From the IMG/VR virus record IMGVR_UViG_3300034072_000369, positions 6,093 through 70,092 of that record: DNA of 64,000 nucleotides; one strand, given 5' to 3'. The stretch is from a virus. This document shows, piece by piece, positions 30,933 to 41,236 of the stretch. Below the pieces are notes generated by a model that saw only the letters and a program-made list of their open reading frames with translations, searched no databases and had not been told where the DNA came from. Both the position numbers and the translations under genes were made by a program. Each line of letters opens with the position of its first letter. Positions within the stretch are counted from its first letter, which is position 1.

Positions 30933-33218
30933 ATGAAACAAAAGATAGTTGATAGTTTAAACAGTAGATTAAAATCAGAGATATCATCTCATAATCCAAT
31001 TAAATATTTGTTTAATTATAAAGTTGAAGAATATATTGACAATATTATTTCTGTCGTTTATTTATATACAAGACCTAAAAAAGGTGTTAATAAGAATTCA
31101 ATATACTTAACTGAAATTATTGCCGCAATAGGCCATAATATCCGTGGAAAATATCGACTAAAAAGAGATTCTGCATTAGCAGCTAAAACAGGTGCATTTA
31201 TATTGTATACTTTTGAAGAGATTGGTTATATTCAAGTTTTATTAGGTCAGGGTTCTAAGGGGCATAATAGCTATATAGTACAGGTTTTGAATGATGAAGC
31301 TATCTGTAATTTGTGGAACAATTTAGATCCTAGTCAAATTGAGAAGCTCCCATCTGAGACTCCGTATGAACCTTGGAAAACAACTCGACATCCTACTGGC
31401 TTCTGGTTAATCAAAACTGGCAATAAAGATGTCTTAGATAAAGTCTCACCAACAACACATCCAATTATATTTGAATGTGTAAATAAAGCACAAGCTACTG
31501 GTTGGCGAATTAATGAAGAAATCTTTTCAATCCAATCCTGGGCTTTACGAAATAAAACTCAAGCGTTCTCAGATATATGGGATGCTCAGAGTATAGAGTC
31601 AAGATCTACTAAATTAAGAGAAGCAAAAGCTATAGGTGATATTGCTAAAAGATTCTTAAACAAAACTTTTTATCATTTATATTATTATGACTTTCGTGGC
31701 CGTAAATATGTTGCAACGGCATATCTACATGAGCAAGGTAGTGACTTAGCTAGAGGTCTTTTACTAAGAGCTGATCAAAAGAAAATAGGTAAAGAAGGTT
31801 TCTTTTGGTTAATGGTTAGCATCGCTTCATCTTGGGCAGGTGATGCTGGAAGAGAAGATGGAGCAAAGACTGACAAAATACCATTGAAAGACAGATACTT
31901 ATGGTCTATAGATAATGAAGAGATTCTAATGTCTTATGCTGAGAAACCTAAATTAAATCAAGGATGGATGAAAGCTGATAAACCTTGGCAATTTCTAGCA
32001 TGCTGTATCGAGCTTAGAAAGTTTAGACATTGGCAATTATCCTTCTTCGATGACTATGTTGATATTGCCCTAATAGATCAAGAGCTTGATAGATTAACTG
32101 TAGATCCGTATGACTATGAATCAAGTTTAGAATGCTATGTAGACGGCTCAAATAACGGCAGTCAGCACTTATCCGCATTAACTAAAGATGAGGTCATCGC
32201 ACCTCATGTGAATTTAGTACCTTCAGATTTGCCTGGAGATCTATATAAGTATGTAGGTGATCATGTTTGGTCACATCTTGAGCAAGAGCTAGCATTGATG
32301 AAACAAGATGAGATAGAAGATTGTGAAGCCTTTATTGATAATCTAATTGAAATTAAGAAACAAATAAATGCTGCAGAACCTAACAGTAATGCACGTAAGG
32401 AACTTATAGAAAAGATAAAACAATTTAAGCAAGATAATGAGTATCTGTTGACAATATCTGCACCTGTGTTCTGGTATCGAATAAAAGACACTAAACATAA
32501 ACGTAAGATTGTCAAGAGAAATACAATGACTATTCCATACGGAGGCACTGCATATGGCTTAGGTCAACAAATTATTGATGATGCTAAGAAACATAATATT
32601 GATTTATTACTTTATATGGAACATAAATGGGGTGCTTACTTAGGTAGAGAAGTTTTTAGTGACTGTAAAGTATCATTAGAAAGACCAATGCAACTATTAC
32701 GAGTATTCGAAGATGCTGGTAAAAAGGCAGAGAAAAATAATAGATTCCTAAGTTGGACTGTACCTGTAACTAAATTTCCTGTAGTTCAAAATTATACAGA
32801 AGGAAATGTTAAAAAGATATGGGTACAATATGGTCCACCAAAAGGTCAACGTAATAGTACTGGTTACTATGAGAATACTCTACAACTTGCAGTTTGCTTT
32901 GTTGAAGATGTGAAGCCATCTAAAGGAAAACAATCGCAAGGTGCAAGTCCTAATATTATTCATAGTCTAGATGCAGCACATCTTGCAATGACTGTAAGTA
33001 AAGCAGATTTTCCAGTAACTACAATACATGACTCATTCGGATGTCTCTTAGCAGATATGCCTAAATTATTTACATTATTAAGACAGACTTTTGTAGAATT
33101 GTATGAGAATGATCCTTTAACAGCAATAATAAGTGAGATTGGAGGTAATTTAGATGACGTACGTTTAGGTAGTTTAGATTTAAGTTTAATACTAGATAGT
33201 GAATATTGTTTTTCATGA
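30933..33218 (+). CDS. T7-type single-subunit DNA-directed RNA polymerase (stand-alone)
   Basis: DFRGRKY, motif A VDGSNNGSQHL, motif B RKIVKRNTMTIPYG, PNIIHSLDAAHL, motif C TIHDSFG. Confidence 0.95.
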   Translation: MKQKIVDSLNSRLKSEISSHNPIKYLFNYKVEEYIDNIISVVYLYTRPKKGVNKNSIYLTEIIAAIGHNIRGKYRLKRDSALAAKTGAFILYTFEEIGYIQVLLGQGSKGHNSYIVQVLNDEAICNLWNNLDPSQIEKLPSETPYEPWKTTRHPTGFWLIKTGNKDVLDKVSPTTHPIIFECVNKAQATGWRINEEIFSIQSWALRNKTQAFSDIWDAQSIESRSTKLREAKAIGDIAKRFLNKTFYHLYYYDFRGRKYVATAYLHEQGSDLARGLLLRADQKKIGKEGFFWLMVSIASSWAGDAGREDGAKTDKIPLKDRYLWSIDNEEILMSYAEKPKLNQGWMKADKPWQFLACCIELRKFRHWQLSFFDDYVDIALIDQELDRLTVDPYDYESSLECYVDGSNNGSQHLSALTKDEVIAPHVNLVPSDLPGDLYKYVGDHVWSHLEQELALMKQDEIEDCEAFIDNLIEIKKQINAAEPNSNARKELIEKIKQFKQDNEYLLTISAPVFWYRIKDTKHKRKIVKRNTMTIPYGGTAYGLGQQIIDDAKKHNIDLLLYMEHKWGAYLGREVFSDCKVSLERPMQLLRVFEDAGKKAEKNNRFLSWTVPVTKFPVVQNYTEGNVKKIWVQYGPPKGQRNSTGYYENTLQLAVCFVEDVKPSKGKQSQGASPNIIHSLDAAHLAMTVSKADFPVTTIHDSFGCLLADMPKLFTLLRQTFVELYENDPLTAIISEIGGNLDDVRLGSLDLSLILDSEYCFS

Positions 33219-33630
33219 GGAATTTATGAAAGATCTTGGTAATAATCTAAGCGAAATGAGGCTAAATAATTCACCAACAAGTGTAATTAATTTAGTTGAG
33301 AAATTTATAGTTGAAACACAAATTGATGATGAGTTATTTGGCGAAGACTTTGATTCAGACTTAGGTGGTCGTTTCTACCTAGTAGAATCTGAAGATGATC
33401 TTAGTGAGATTTGTCTTGCATCCTATGATGAGACTATGCTCAAATATCACACTTTAGCAGATCATGCTGGAGCATTTGATATGTGCGAATATACAGAATG
33501 TGGTGAATTTGTTCAAGTGTTGTTGTGTACTAATAATGCAGGCGGTAATGTTTACTTAATTCCAAAGACAATTGCAGAACAATCTGCTAATGTTATTAAA
33601 TCTATTGAGTTAACAAATGCTAGTAACTAA
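33199..33630 (+). CDS. Acidic hypothetical protein
   Basis: ORF track; start may be ATG 33226. Confidence 0.6.
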   Translation: MNIVFHEEFMKDLGNNLSEMRLNNSPTSVINLVEKFIVETQIDDELFGEDFDSDLGGRFYLVESEDDLSEICLASYDETMLKYHTLADHAGAFDMCEYTECGEFVQVLLCTNNAGGNVYLIPKTIAEQSANVIKSIELTNASN

Positions 33631-33820
33631 AACTTCTATAATTACAGGTATTGAAAGAACTGTAGATATTGATATAACTTTAGATCAACTTAAACGATGG
33701 GAGAGAGGCGAAGATATTATTCAAAATATAATGCCAAATTTAACAGCAAATGAACGTGAATTTATTATGACAGGTATGACACCAGATGAATGGGATGAGG
33801 TGATTGGCGATGAAGACTAA
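33617..33820 (+). CDS. Small phage protein
   Basis: 67 aa; IQNIMPNLTANEREFIMTGMTPDEWD resembles a recurrent phage hypothetical family. Confidence 0.65.
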   Translation: MLVTKTSIITGIERTVDIDITLDQLKRWERGEDIIQNIMPNLTANEREFIMTGMTPDEWDEVIGDED

Positions 33821-34013
33821 ATATATTGTAGTTCAAATTAATGACTATACTGGATTTGCTTTAGAATTCTCAAATGAAACTTTAGCTTTACTTGAAAATA
33901 TAATTCCTGTACGTGTTAAGAGTGGATACGGAGATCCTATTCGCTTCTCTATAGAGAATAAGAAAGAATATCCCTTATACTTAATCAAAGCTATTGAACA
34001 AACTGAAGAGTAA
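33804..34013 (+). CDS. Hypothetical protein
   Basis: ORF coupled to the upstream gene. Confidence 0.5.
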   Translation: MAMKTKYIVVQINDYTGFALEFSNETLALLENIIPVRVKSGYGDPIRFSIENKKEYPLYLIKAIEQTEE

Positions 34014-34038
34014 AAAATAAATACTTAATTGATTTAAG

Positions 34039-34056
34039 AACCCGTTAAATTAACCC
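34039..34056 (+). promoter_or_regulatory. Class 1 motif upstream of the SSB/replication operon
   Basis: Exact AACCCGTTAAATTAACCC. Confidence 0.75.
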
Positions 34057-34088
34057 TAATCTAGAGACTTAACTTTTGAAGGAAAAAT

Positions 34089-34589
34089 ATGCCTATCATT
34101 AAAGACTGTGAATTGTGGTTTTGCAAATTGAACCCTAAGCGTCCTAATAATCGTTTTAACAAAGAAAACCCCACTTGGGAATGTCAGATTCGTACAAAAG
34201 ATAAATCAGTTAAAAAGATTTGGGAAGAATTCTCTTTACCTGTAAAAGCCGTAGTGCCTGATGATGGTGAGCCTTACTTTCGAGTAAATCTTCGAAAGAA
34301 AAGTATTAAAGAGGATAAAGAGCCTGCGTCCCCAATTAGAGTTATCAATGGCAAACTGGAAGACATTGATCCTGACACTATTGGAAATGGTTCTGTTGGC
34401 AATATTCGTGTGTTTCAGTATGAATATCCAAATAAGAAAGGTGGCAAAGGTATTGCTTCAGTTCTTATGGGAATTCAAGTTACTAAGCACATTGTATATA
34501 AGCCTAAGCCTAGGAATGATGAATTTGATGAAACTGATACTGAAACTATTGATGCCGATGAGCATGACGATCATCAAGATGACTTTTAA
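34089..34589 (+). CDS. Single-stranded DNA-binding protein (T7 gp2.5-like)
   Basis: IGNGSVGNI and LMGIQV motifs, acidic tail ending in Phe, first gene of the replication module. Confidence 0.8.
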   Translation: MPIIKDCELWFCKLNPKRPNNRFNKENPTWECQIRTKDKSVKKIWEEFSLPVKAVVPDDGEPYFRVNLRKKSIKEDKEPASPIRVINGKLEDIDPDTIGNGSVGNIRVFQYEYPNKKGGKGIASVLMGIQVTKHIVYKPKPRNDEFDETDTETIDADEHDDHQDDF

Positions 34590-34600
34590 AAGTTAATCTG

Positions 34601-34629
34601 AAGGGCTACTCTAAATGGGTAGCCCTTTA
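34601..34629 (+). terminator. Stem-loop after the SSB gene (terminator or processing site)
   Basis: AAGGGCTACTC-TAAAT-GGGTAGCCCTT; short T tail. Confidence 0.55.
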
Positions 34630-34646
34630 ATTTCAAAGGAGAGATT

Positions 34647-35231
34647 ATGCAATTTACATATACAGTATTTACAAAACAATCTTTGGACTCTGAATCGCCG
34701 CGTACGGATATTCGTGGACATGTCTCTACTAACTTTGATGAATTTTGTGAAGATGATGTTACAAATCGATCATATATTGAAGTTTATAACAACTCTACAC
34801 AGACAATTGAAAGATTTTTAAAAAACACAGATGATTATGAAGTCTGGCGATTAAAACTTGAAAGAGAATACGCCTGGAAACCGAGATCTTTCCTTAAAAC
34901 TTCAAATCAACAATCCTCAGATAAATATAATTCAGCTGTAAATCCTGCACACTATAAAGGCTATTTAGATGATTATGAATGGCTAGATGTTCAAGCAAGA
35001 ATTCCAAGATTTAAAGACAAGTCTAATTTTAAAGCTGCAATAGAACTTCAAATTAGAAAGTATCTAGATCGCAACGGAAGAAAAGATGATGAATTGCAGG
35101 AGATGCAAAAGGGTCTTTTCTATCACATATATTTAGTGTTATACTCTAAGGCAGATAAGCCAATTAAAGTATCTGATGTCCACAAAATTATGGATTTAAT
35201 TCATGAGACTAGTATTCGATATCGAGACTGA
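34647..35231 (+). CDS. Protein with C-terminal DUF3310-like domain
   Basis: AVNPAHY...KYLDRNGRKD...EMQKG pattern. Confidence 0.6.
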   Translation: MQFTYTVFTKQSLDSESPRTDIRGHVSTNFDEFCEDDVTNRSYIEVYNNSTQTIERFLKNTDDYEVWRLKLEREYAWKPRSFLKTSNQQSSDKYNSAVNPAHYKGYLDDYEWLDVQARIPRFKDKSNFKAAIELQIRKYLDRNGRKDDELQEMQKGLFYHIYLVLYSKADKPIKVSDVHKIMDLIHETSIRYRD

Positions 35232-37068
35232 TAATTTACTTCAAGACTGTACTAGACTATGGGTATTAACTGCATATGACCTAGATACAGATAAACTATA
35301 TACATTTCTAGAAGGCGATTTAGGATGGATTGATTTATTTAATAAAGCTGATAAAGTCATAGGACACAATATATTAGGTTTTGATATATTCGCTCTTAAG
35401 AAACTTTTTAATTATGAGTTTAAACCTACTTGTGATTTACAAGATACTCTCATATTTTCTCAAATATTAGACTATAAAAGATTTGGACAAGATGGGCACA
35501 GTCTTAAGCGTTGGGGATTGTTTTTAAATTATCCTAAATATGACTTTAATGATTGGAGTAAACTATCTAATGAGATGATTGCATATTGTCAACAAGATAC
35601 TAGACTTACAGTAGAAGTCTATAAATATCTCATTGATGAATATAAAGAAGTATCTAAGAAAGCGCCTAATTTAAAGCACTATATAAGAGCTGAACATGCA
35701 GCTACACTATGGTCTACAGAGGCTAGTTTAAACGGTTGGCCTTTTGATCTAAAAGCTGCTAAAGAACTTGCTATAGTGCTTGAGGCCGAAATGCAAAAAG
35801 CATATCTAGCGCTTAATTCAAAACTAGGTTTAAAGTGCGTTCCTGTTGATAAAAAGAAAGGGATAGTAGAGTATAAAGAACCTAAATGGACAAAAGATGG
35901 ATGCTACAATAAAGCAACTGCTGAATGGTTTGACGTAGATCCGTGGTCTGGCTATGAAGGTGAAGAAAGACCTATTGCAGGTCCGTATTCTAGAATCCTA
36001 TTTGAAAATCTTAGTCTAGATTCTGTAGCTGACGTTAAATTATTTCTGTTTAGAAATGGATGGATTCCAACTGAGTTCAACTATAAAACAGATGAACTAA
36101 CTGGAAAGAAAGTTCGTACATCTCCTAAGATTACCGAAGATAGCCTAGAATTCTTAGGCGGTGATGGCAAATTGTATATAAACTTTCTTACCGTAAAATC
36201 TAGATATGGTATCTTAAACACATGGATAGAAAATACTGATAAGAATGGAATGCTTCATGGTGATTGTATGATAATCGGTACTCCAAGTATGCGTAGCAGA
36301 CACAATATTATTGTTAATGTTCCTGCTGCTGATACACCATGGGGTAAGGAAATGAGATCACTATTTTCCTGTCTACCTGGATGGAAGCTCATCGGTTGTG
36401 ATTCCGCAAGCAATCAAGCTAGAGGACTTGCACATTACTTAGGTGATGCTAAATTCATTGACACATTGATTAATGGCGATATTCATCAGTACAATGCAGA
36501 GATCCTTACTAAAGTGCTAAAGTCTATGGGAGTACAGCATGAAGTAAAGAGATCTGTAGCCAAAAGGATTTTATATGCATTCTTATTCGGTGCTTCTGGT
36601 AGTAAGCTTTGGAGTTACATCTTCGGTAATCTTGATGACAAGAATGGCAAAGAACTACGAAAAGGGTTTCTAAAAGCTGTTCCTGGATTTAAGACACTCT
36701 TAGATAAATTAGAAAGTATTTATGGAGAGACATCTAAGTATGGAGATGGTTACATATATTCTATCGCGGGTAATAGGATTTACGTTGATTCTTTTCATAA
36801 GCTTCTTGTGTATCTTCTACAGTCTGCTGAAAAAGTTACTTGTACTGCTGCGCTGATGCTAACTGCAAAAAGATTAACAGAAGCTAAAATACCATATAAG
36901 CCATGTATATTTTATCATGATGAAATTGATTTTATGGTTCCAGAAGAGTTTGCTGAAAAAGCAGCTGAAATTGGTAAACAAGCATTTGCAGATGGTCCAA
37001 AAATCTTTGGAATTAATATTATGGATGGCGGTGCAAAGATAGGTAATAACTGGTACGATGTACATTAA
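35203..37068 (+). CDS. Family A DNA polymerase with 3'-5' exonuclease (T7 gp5-like)
   Basis: FDIET, GHNILGFD and YCQQD exonuclease motifs; motif A GCDSASNQAR, motif B RSVAKRILYAFLFG, motif C YHDEI. Confidence 0.95.
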   Translation: MRLVFDIETDNLLQDCTRLWVLTAYDLDTDKLYTFLEGDLGWIDLFNKADKVIGHNILGFDIFALKKLFNYEFKPTCDLQDTLIFSQILDYKRFGQDGHSLKRWGLFLNYPKYDFNDWSKLSNEMIAYCQQDTRLTVEVYKYLIDEYKEVSKKAPNLKHYIRAEHAATLWSTEASLNGWPFDLKAAKELAIVLEAEMQKAYLALNSKLGLKCVPVDKKKGIVEYKEPKWTKDGCYNKATAEWFDVDPWSGYEGEERPIAGPYSRILFENLSLDSVADVKLFLFRNGWIPTEFNYKTDELTGKKVRTSPKITEDSLEFLGGDGKLYINFLTVKSRYGILNTWIENTDKNGMLHGDCMIIGTPSMRSRHNIIVNVPAADTPWGKEMRSLFSCLPGWKLIGCDSASNQARGLAHYLGDAKFIDTLINGDIHQYNAEILTKVLKSMGVQHEVKRSVAKRILYAFLFGASGSKLWSYIFGNLDDKNGKELRKGFLKAVPGFKTLLDKLESIYGETSKYGDGYIYSIAGNRIYVDSFHKLLVYLLQSAEKVTCTAALMLTAKRLTEAKIPYKPCIFYHDEIDFMVPEEFAEKAAEIGKQAFADGPKIFGINIMDGGAKIGNNWYDVH

Positions 37069-37142
37069 ATGTTCATCATTTGTCATAGATAAGAACCCTG
37101 CCTACTAATAGGCAATGGAGTTCATCACTATTTGGAGAGAAA

Positions 37143-37361
37143 ATGTACGGAATTCAAGTTGTATTTAATGAGCGTGGTTATTGGTCAAAGCCTTATACAT
37201 ATATGAGTCATCAAGAAATCCCTAAAAATAGTATAGTTGTAGTACCTACGAATAATTTCTTTAGTATTGCTAAAGTCATTGAAAGTATTGAAAATTATGA
37301 CTTTAAACCAAATATCAAATATAAAAAGATTACATCAGTTCTAGATATTAAGGCTGAATAA
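37143..37361 (+). CDS. Hypothetical protein
   Basis: GGAG RBS; 72 aa. Confidence 0.65.
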   Translation: MYGIQVVFNERGYWSKPYTYMSHQEIPKNSIVVVPTNNFFSIAKVIESIENYDFKPNIKYKKITSVLDIKAE

Positions 37362-37667
37362 ATGTTAAATTCTAAAGAATATCTTTTAATCTGCTTTATT
37401 GAAGAACTTGGTGAAATTCAAAAAGAAGCTTCTAAATGTCTTAGATTCGGATTAAATCATAAAGAGTTTGAAGAAAGTAAAAGCAATCTTGAACGTCTTT
37501 GTGATGAATGGTCAGAATTGAATGCTATATTAAAGTTGATGAAAGAATATAATATAAATATTCAAACTGATCCTAAAACAGAAGAAAATAAGTTAAAGAG
37601 ATTTGAATACTATTGGAACTTCTCTAAACATAGAGGCATTGTAGATGAATATCTTTATTCTAGATAA
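37362..37667 (+). CDS. MazG-like nucleotide pyrophosphohydrolase
   Basis: EELGEI...KCLRFG...EWSE acidic helical motif. Confidence 0.55.
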   Translation: MLNSKEYLLICFIEELGEIQKEASKCLRFGLNHKEFEESKSNLERLCDEWSELNAILKLMKEYNINIQTDPKTEENKLKRFEYYWNFSKHRGIVDEYLYSR

Positions 37668-38091
37668 TGATCCTAAAATTGCTGCAGAATATTTAATGGA
37701 TAAACACGTAGTTAAGATGGCCTTAGAAACTGCTCAAATACTATCTACTATCAATGATGGACCTTATAAGCCTACTCATCAAAAACACCCTTGTGTATTA
37801 TGGGCTAAAGAAGGTATTGATAATTATAAATGGCTAGTAGAGCATGGGTTAGCTATATGTAAGGAATATGAATATCGTTACAATAAAATACATAAATGTT
37901 TTGATGTAATCGATCTTCTTCAGCAACCATTTTCTGAAATAGAAATTCCAATCGGAAGGACACCATTTAAATTATGTATGCCAGATGAATATAAAACAGA
38001 TGATCCTGTACAGTCTTATAGAAACTACTACAAATCAAAAGAATCTTTTGCAAGTTGGAAGATTCGAGAACAACCTTTCTGGTGGAAATAA
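37645..38091 (+). CDS. Pyrimidine-dimer DNA glycosylase-like protein
   Basis: MNIFILD...DKHVVKMALETAQILS...YKPTHQKHPC...W signature. Confidence 0.8.
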   Translation: MNIFILDNDPKIAAEYLMDKHVVKMALETAQILSTINDGPYKPTHQKHPCVLWAKEGIDNYKWLVEHGLAICKEYEYRYNKIHKCFDVIDLLQQPFSEIEIPIGRTPFKLCMPDEYKTDDPVQSYRNYYKSKESFASWKIREQPFWWK

Positions 38092-38912
38092 TGACAATTG
38101 CTATAATAGACGGAGATGTACTATGCTATGCAGCATGTAAACCAAGATGGCAAAAGAAAGCTAATCTTGAAGATGGCTTCTCAGTAATTAGCCTAGACGA
38201 TGAAGGTAAGAGAATACCTCTAGAATTTACTAAAGAAGAAGACAGATACTATCTTGAAGAGTCCTGGGATAACTTTAAGAAAGATCTTCAAAGTCTATTA
38301 GATACAATCTATTGCACAGATTACATAATGGCTGTTGCAAATTTTAATAGTTCTAACTTTCGTCGCCAACTATATCCTGAATATAAATTAAATAGACATG
38401 CAGATCCAAATAAGCAAAATATATTTGTACCTGTACTAAGACGACTTGCTGTTGCAGAAGACTTAGCAATTCCTGCTGATGGCAGAGAAGCTGACGATTT
38501 AATTCGTATCTGGGCTGAACAAGCTAGAGCTGCTAATATTGACTATATCATATGTTCTATCGATAAAGATCTAAAGTGTATTCCAGGACGACATTGGTTA
38601 ATGCATAAGAAACAACTTATTGAAATATCTGAAGAAGATGCCTTACGACACTATTACCAACAATTGTTGAAAGGTGATCCTACAGATAATATACCTGGAG
38701 TGCCACGAGTTGGCGAGGTTAAAGCTGCTAAGATCTTGGAACCTTTTTCATTAGAGTCAGAATTTCAAGAAGCTGTTGTATCTGAATACATAGCTGCATA
38801 TGGCGATGAATGGAAAGAATATTTATTGTCTAATGGTAAAATGATACATTTGCAAAAGCATGATAATGATTATTTTACCCTTGAAACATGGCCTATTGTA
38901 AAAGAGTTATAA
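38091..38912 (+). CDS. 5'-3' exonuclease (T7 gp6 / FEN-like)
   Basis: IIDGDVL, YKLNR, EADD, SIDKDL, GDPTDNIPG motifs. Confidence 0.9.
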   Translation: MTIAIIDGDVLCYAACKPRWQKKANLEDGFSVISLDDEGKRIPLEFTKEEDRYYLEESWDNFKKDLQSLLDTIYCTDYIMAVANFNSSNFRRQLYPEYKLNRHADPNKQNIFVPVLRRLAVAEDLAIPADGREADDLIRIWAEQARAANIDYIICSIDKDLKCIPGRHWLMHKKQLIEISEEDALRHYYQQLLKGDPTDNIPGVPRVGEVKAAKILEPFSLESEFQEAVVSEYIAAYGDEWKEYLLSNGKMIHLQKHDNDYFTLETWPIVKEL

Positions 38913-38941
38913 AGGAGATAACTTTGTAATATAGGATAAAA

Positions 38942-39427
38942 ATGAGATTTGAAGGAACGCTACCAAAGTCAAATGTTATTACATTTAGAAAGAGATTTGA
39001 CAACGGTCATTGGCTTTTTGAAGAGCAAATGGGTAAGGGCGTAGGTTTTATTTACGTTATCAGAGACAATGTTTTAAATAGATATTATCTTGGAAAGAAA
39101 CTCTTCTATGGTACAGGTGCATTAAATAAGGGTAAAGAATCTAATTGGAAGAAATATTCATCTTCTTCTAAGGTTCTCGCTGAAATGTTTAAACAAAGAC
39201 CTAAAGAAGAGTTTGATTTTATTTGTCTAGAGCAATATATGACAAAAGGAACTCTATCATACGCAGAAAGTTGGTCTCTGTGTTTGGTAGAGGCTCCTAC
39301 TACAACTAACTGGTATAACACACTTATTGAAAAAGTTTCTTGGAAAGTTAAAGAACCTATCTCACAAAGACATAAAAAGAGATTGAAACTAATCTGTGAT
39401 AATTATAGTTTTAAAGAGGAAATATAA
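38942..39427 (+). CDS. GIY-YIG-like endonuclease
   Basis: GFIYVI...YYLGKK, WKKYSSSS, late WYN. Confidence 0.7.
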   Translation: MRFEGTLPKSNVITFRKRFDNGHWLFEEQMGKGVGFIYVIRDNVLNRYYLGKKLFYGTGALNKGKESNWKKYSSSSKVLAEMFKQRPKEEFDFICLEQYMTKGTLSYAESWSLCLVEAPTTTNWYNTLIEKVSWKVKEPISQRHKKRLKLICDNYSFKEEI

Positions 39428-39618
39428 TGCAATTTATCGTTAGCACTCTGGCTATATTAATTTTGATCATAGCCGGAATAGGCTGTTATCATGCTGTTGA
39501 GAATTATCCTGAAATGAATTCTTCTGATTATACATTAGTACTATTTACTCTAGTAATGATTACATCAATAATCAAACACTTTATGGACTTCAATGGGAAA
39601 AATAATTCGAAAGAATAA
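39427..39618 (+). CDS. Small membrane protein
   Basis: Two hydrophobic segments; GAGGA RBS. Confidence 0.55.
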   Translation: MQFIVSTLAILILIIAGIGCYHAVENYPEMNSSDYTLVLFTLVMITSIIKHFMDFNGKNNSKE

Positions 39619-41227
39619 GCCCTGTTTAAATACAGAATGTGGCTCAAGCGATGCAAGACAGATATATGAGGATGGAACATCATTTTGTTTCTCTTGCCAA
39701 TCTTTCTTTCCTAAAATAGCATCAGAGGAGTTCGAAATAGAAACACCTAAATATTCTTCAGAAAGTAAAAAACTTACAATAGATGAAATTAAAGAACTAC
39801 CTACTAGAGGATTTAGAGAACGTAATATTACGAAAACAGTAGCAGAATTTTTCGATGTAAAAGTCTCATACGGAGAAAATGGCGAAGTAGATGCACACTA
39901 TTATCCATATGATGACAATAAAGCCTACAAAGTAAGAAGACTGCCTAAGACATTTTATTGGGTTCATAAATCAGAAGGATTATTTGGTAAGTCCAAATTT
40001 AATTCATCAGGTAAGAGATTAATAATCACTGAAGGTGAGATTGATGCACTAAGTGTTGCACAAGCTTCTTATGAGAAGTATAAGAAGATTTATCCTGTAG
40101 TCGCACTATCATCTGCATCTATGACTAAATCTCTATTGGAGAATCGAGAGTGGATCAGATCTTTCAATGAAGTTGTTCTATGTTTAGATAATGATGAAGC
40201 AGGTCTCAAGGCAACAAATGAGGCAATTAAACTAATTGGCATTGACAAAGTAAAAGTTGCTAAATTGCCATTTAAAGATCCAAATGAAGTGTTATGTAAG
40301 ACTGGCGGACAAGCTTTACTTCAAATTATCTTTGATGCAGCCCCATATATTCCTAGTGGTATTGTAAACAAGGAACAGCTATGGGAAGCACTTCAGAATT
40401 ATAATAATGCATTGTCAGTTCCATATCCACCATGTTTAGAAGGTGTTAATACTAAACTTAAAGGTATGAGAGAAGGTGAAATAACATTATTTATATCTGG
40501 CACAGGTAGTGGCAAAAGTACTGTATTACGAGAGATTATGTTACATATTCTTAGTAGTACACCAGATAAAATAGGAATCATAAGTCTAGAAGAATCACCT
40601 GCTGAAACTGCAAGAAAATTAGCTGGTATGATATTAAACAAGAATCCTGCAAAAGAAGAAATACCTTTAGATGAATTAAAAGTAGGCTTTGATCAAGTGT
40701 TTGGAGACGACCGTGTTGTACTATTAGATCACCAAGGTTCTATCAATGATAGTAGTATTGTCGATCAACTTGAATATATGTGTCTAACTGGTTGTAAATA
40801 TCTATTCATTGATCATATAACAATTTTAGTATCTGAAGGTGTTGAAAATTTAACTGGAAATGAAGCTCAAGATAAGGTGATGAATGATCTATTAAGACTA
40901 GTTAAAAGACATCCTGTATGGTTAGGCTTAGTTTCTCATCTTCGTAAAGCGCCTAATAATAAAGGTTCTTTTGAAGAAGGCAGACTACCATCTATTGATG
41001 ATATTAGAGGATCTGGTTCAATTAAACAAATATCATTTGATATTATATCTTTTGCAAGAAATCTTACAGCAGATAATGAAAGAGAAAGAAATACGATCAA
41101 GATGCGTATTCTAAAGTCGCGTTACACAGGCTTAACTGGTAGCGTAAAAGGGGCTCACTATATTTATGATACTGGACGTCTTGTATCCTCTGAATTAGAT
41201 ATAGTTGAAGATTTCATCTCACAATAA
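39593..41227 (+). CDS. DNA primase-helicase (T7 gp4-like)
   Basis: Zn finger (PC...CGSSD...FCFSC), TOPRIM EGEIDAL and LDNDEAG, Walker A SGTGSGKST, IDHI, RGSGSIKQ. Confidence 0.95.
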   Translation: MGKIIRKNKPCLNTECGSSDARQIYEDGTSFCFSCQSFFPKIASEEFEIETPKYSSESKKLTIDEIKELPTRGFRERNITKTVAEFFDVKVSYGENGEVDAHYYPYDDNKAYKVRRLPKTFYWVHKSEGLFGKSKFNSSGKRLIITEGEIDALSVAQASYEKYKKIYPVVALSSASMTKSLLENREWIRSFNEVVLCLDNDEAGLKATNEAIKLIGIDKVKVAKLPFKDPNEVLCKTGGQALLQIIFDAAPYIPSGIVNKEQLWEALQNYNNALSVPYPPCLEGVNTKLKGMREGEITLFISGTGSGKSTVLREIMLHILSSTPDKIGIISLEESPAETARKLAGMILNKNPAKEEIPLDELKVGFDQVFGDDRVVLLDHQGSINDSSIVDQLEYMCLTGCKYLFIDHITILVSEGVENLTGNEAQDKVMNDLLRLVKRHPVWLGLVSHLRKAPNNKGSFEEGRLPSIDDIRGSGSIKQISFDIISFARNLTADNERERNTIKMRILKSRYTGLTGSVKGAHYIYDTGRLVSSELDIVEDFISQ

Positions 41228-41236
41228 GGAATTTTA

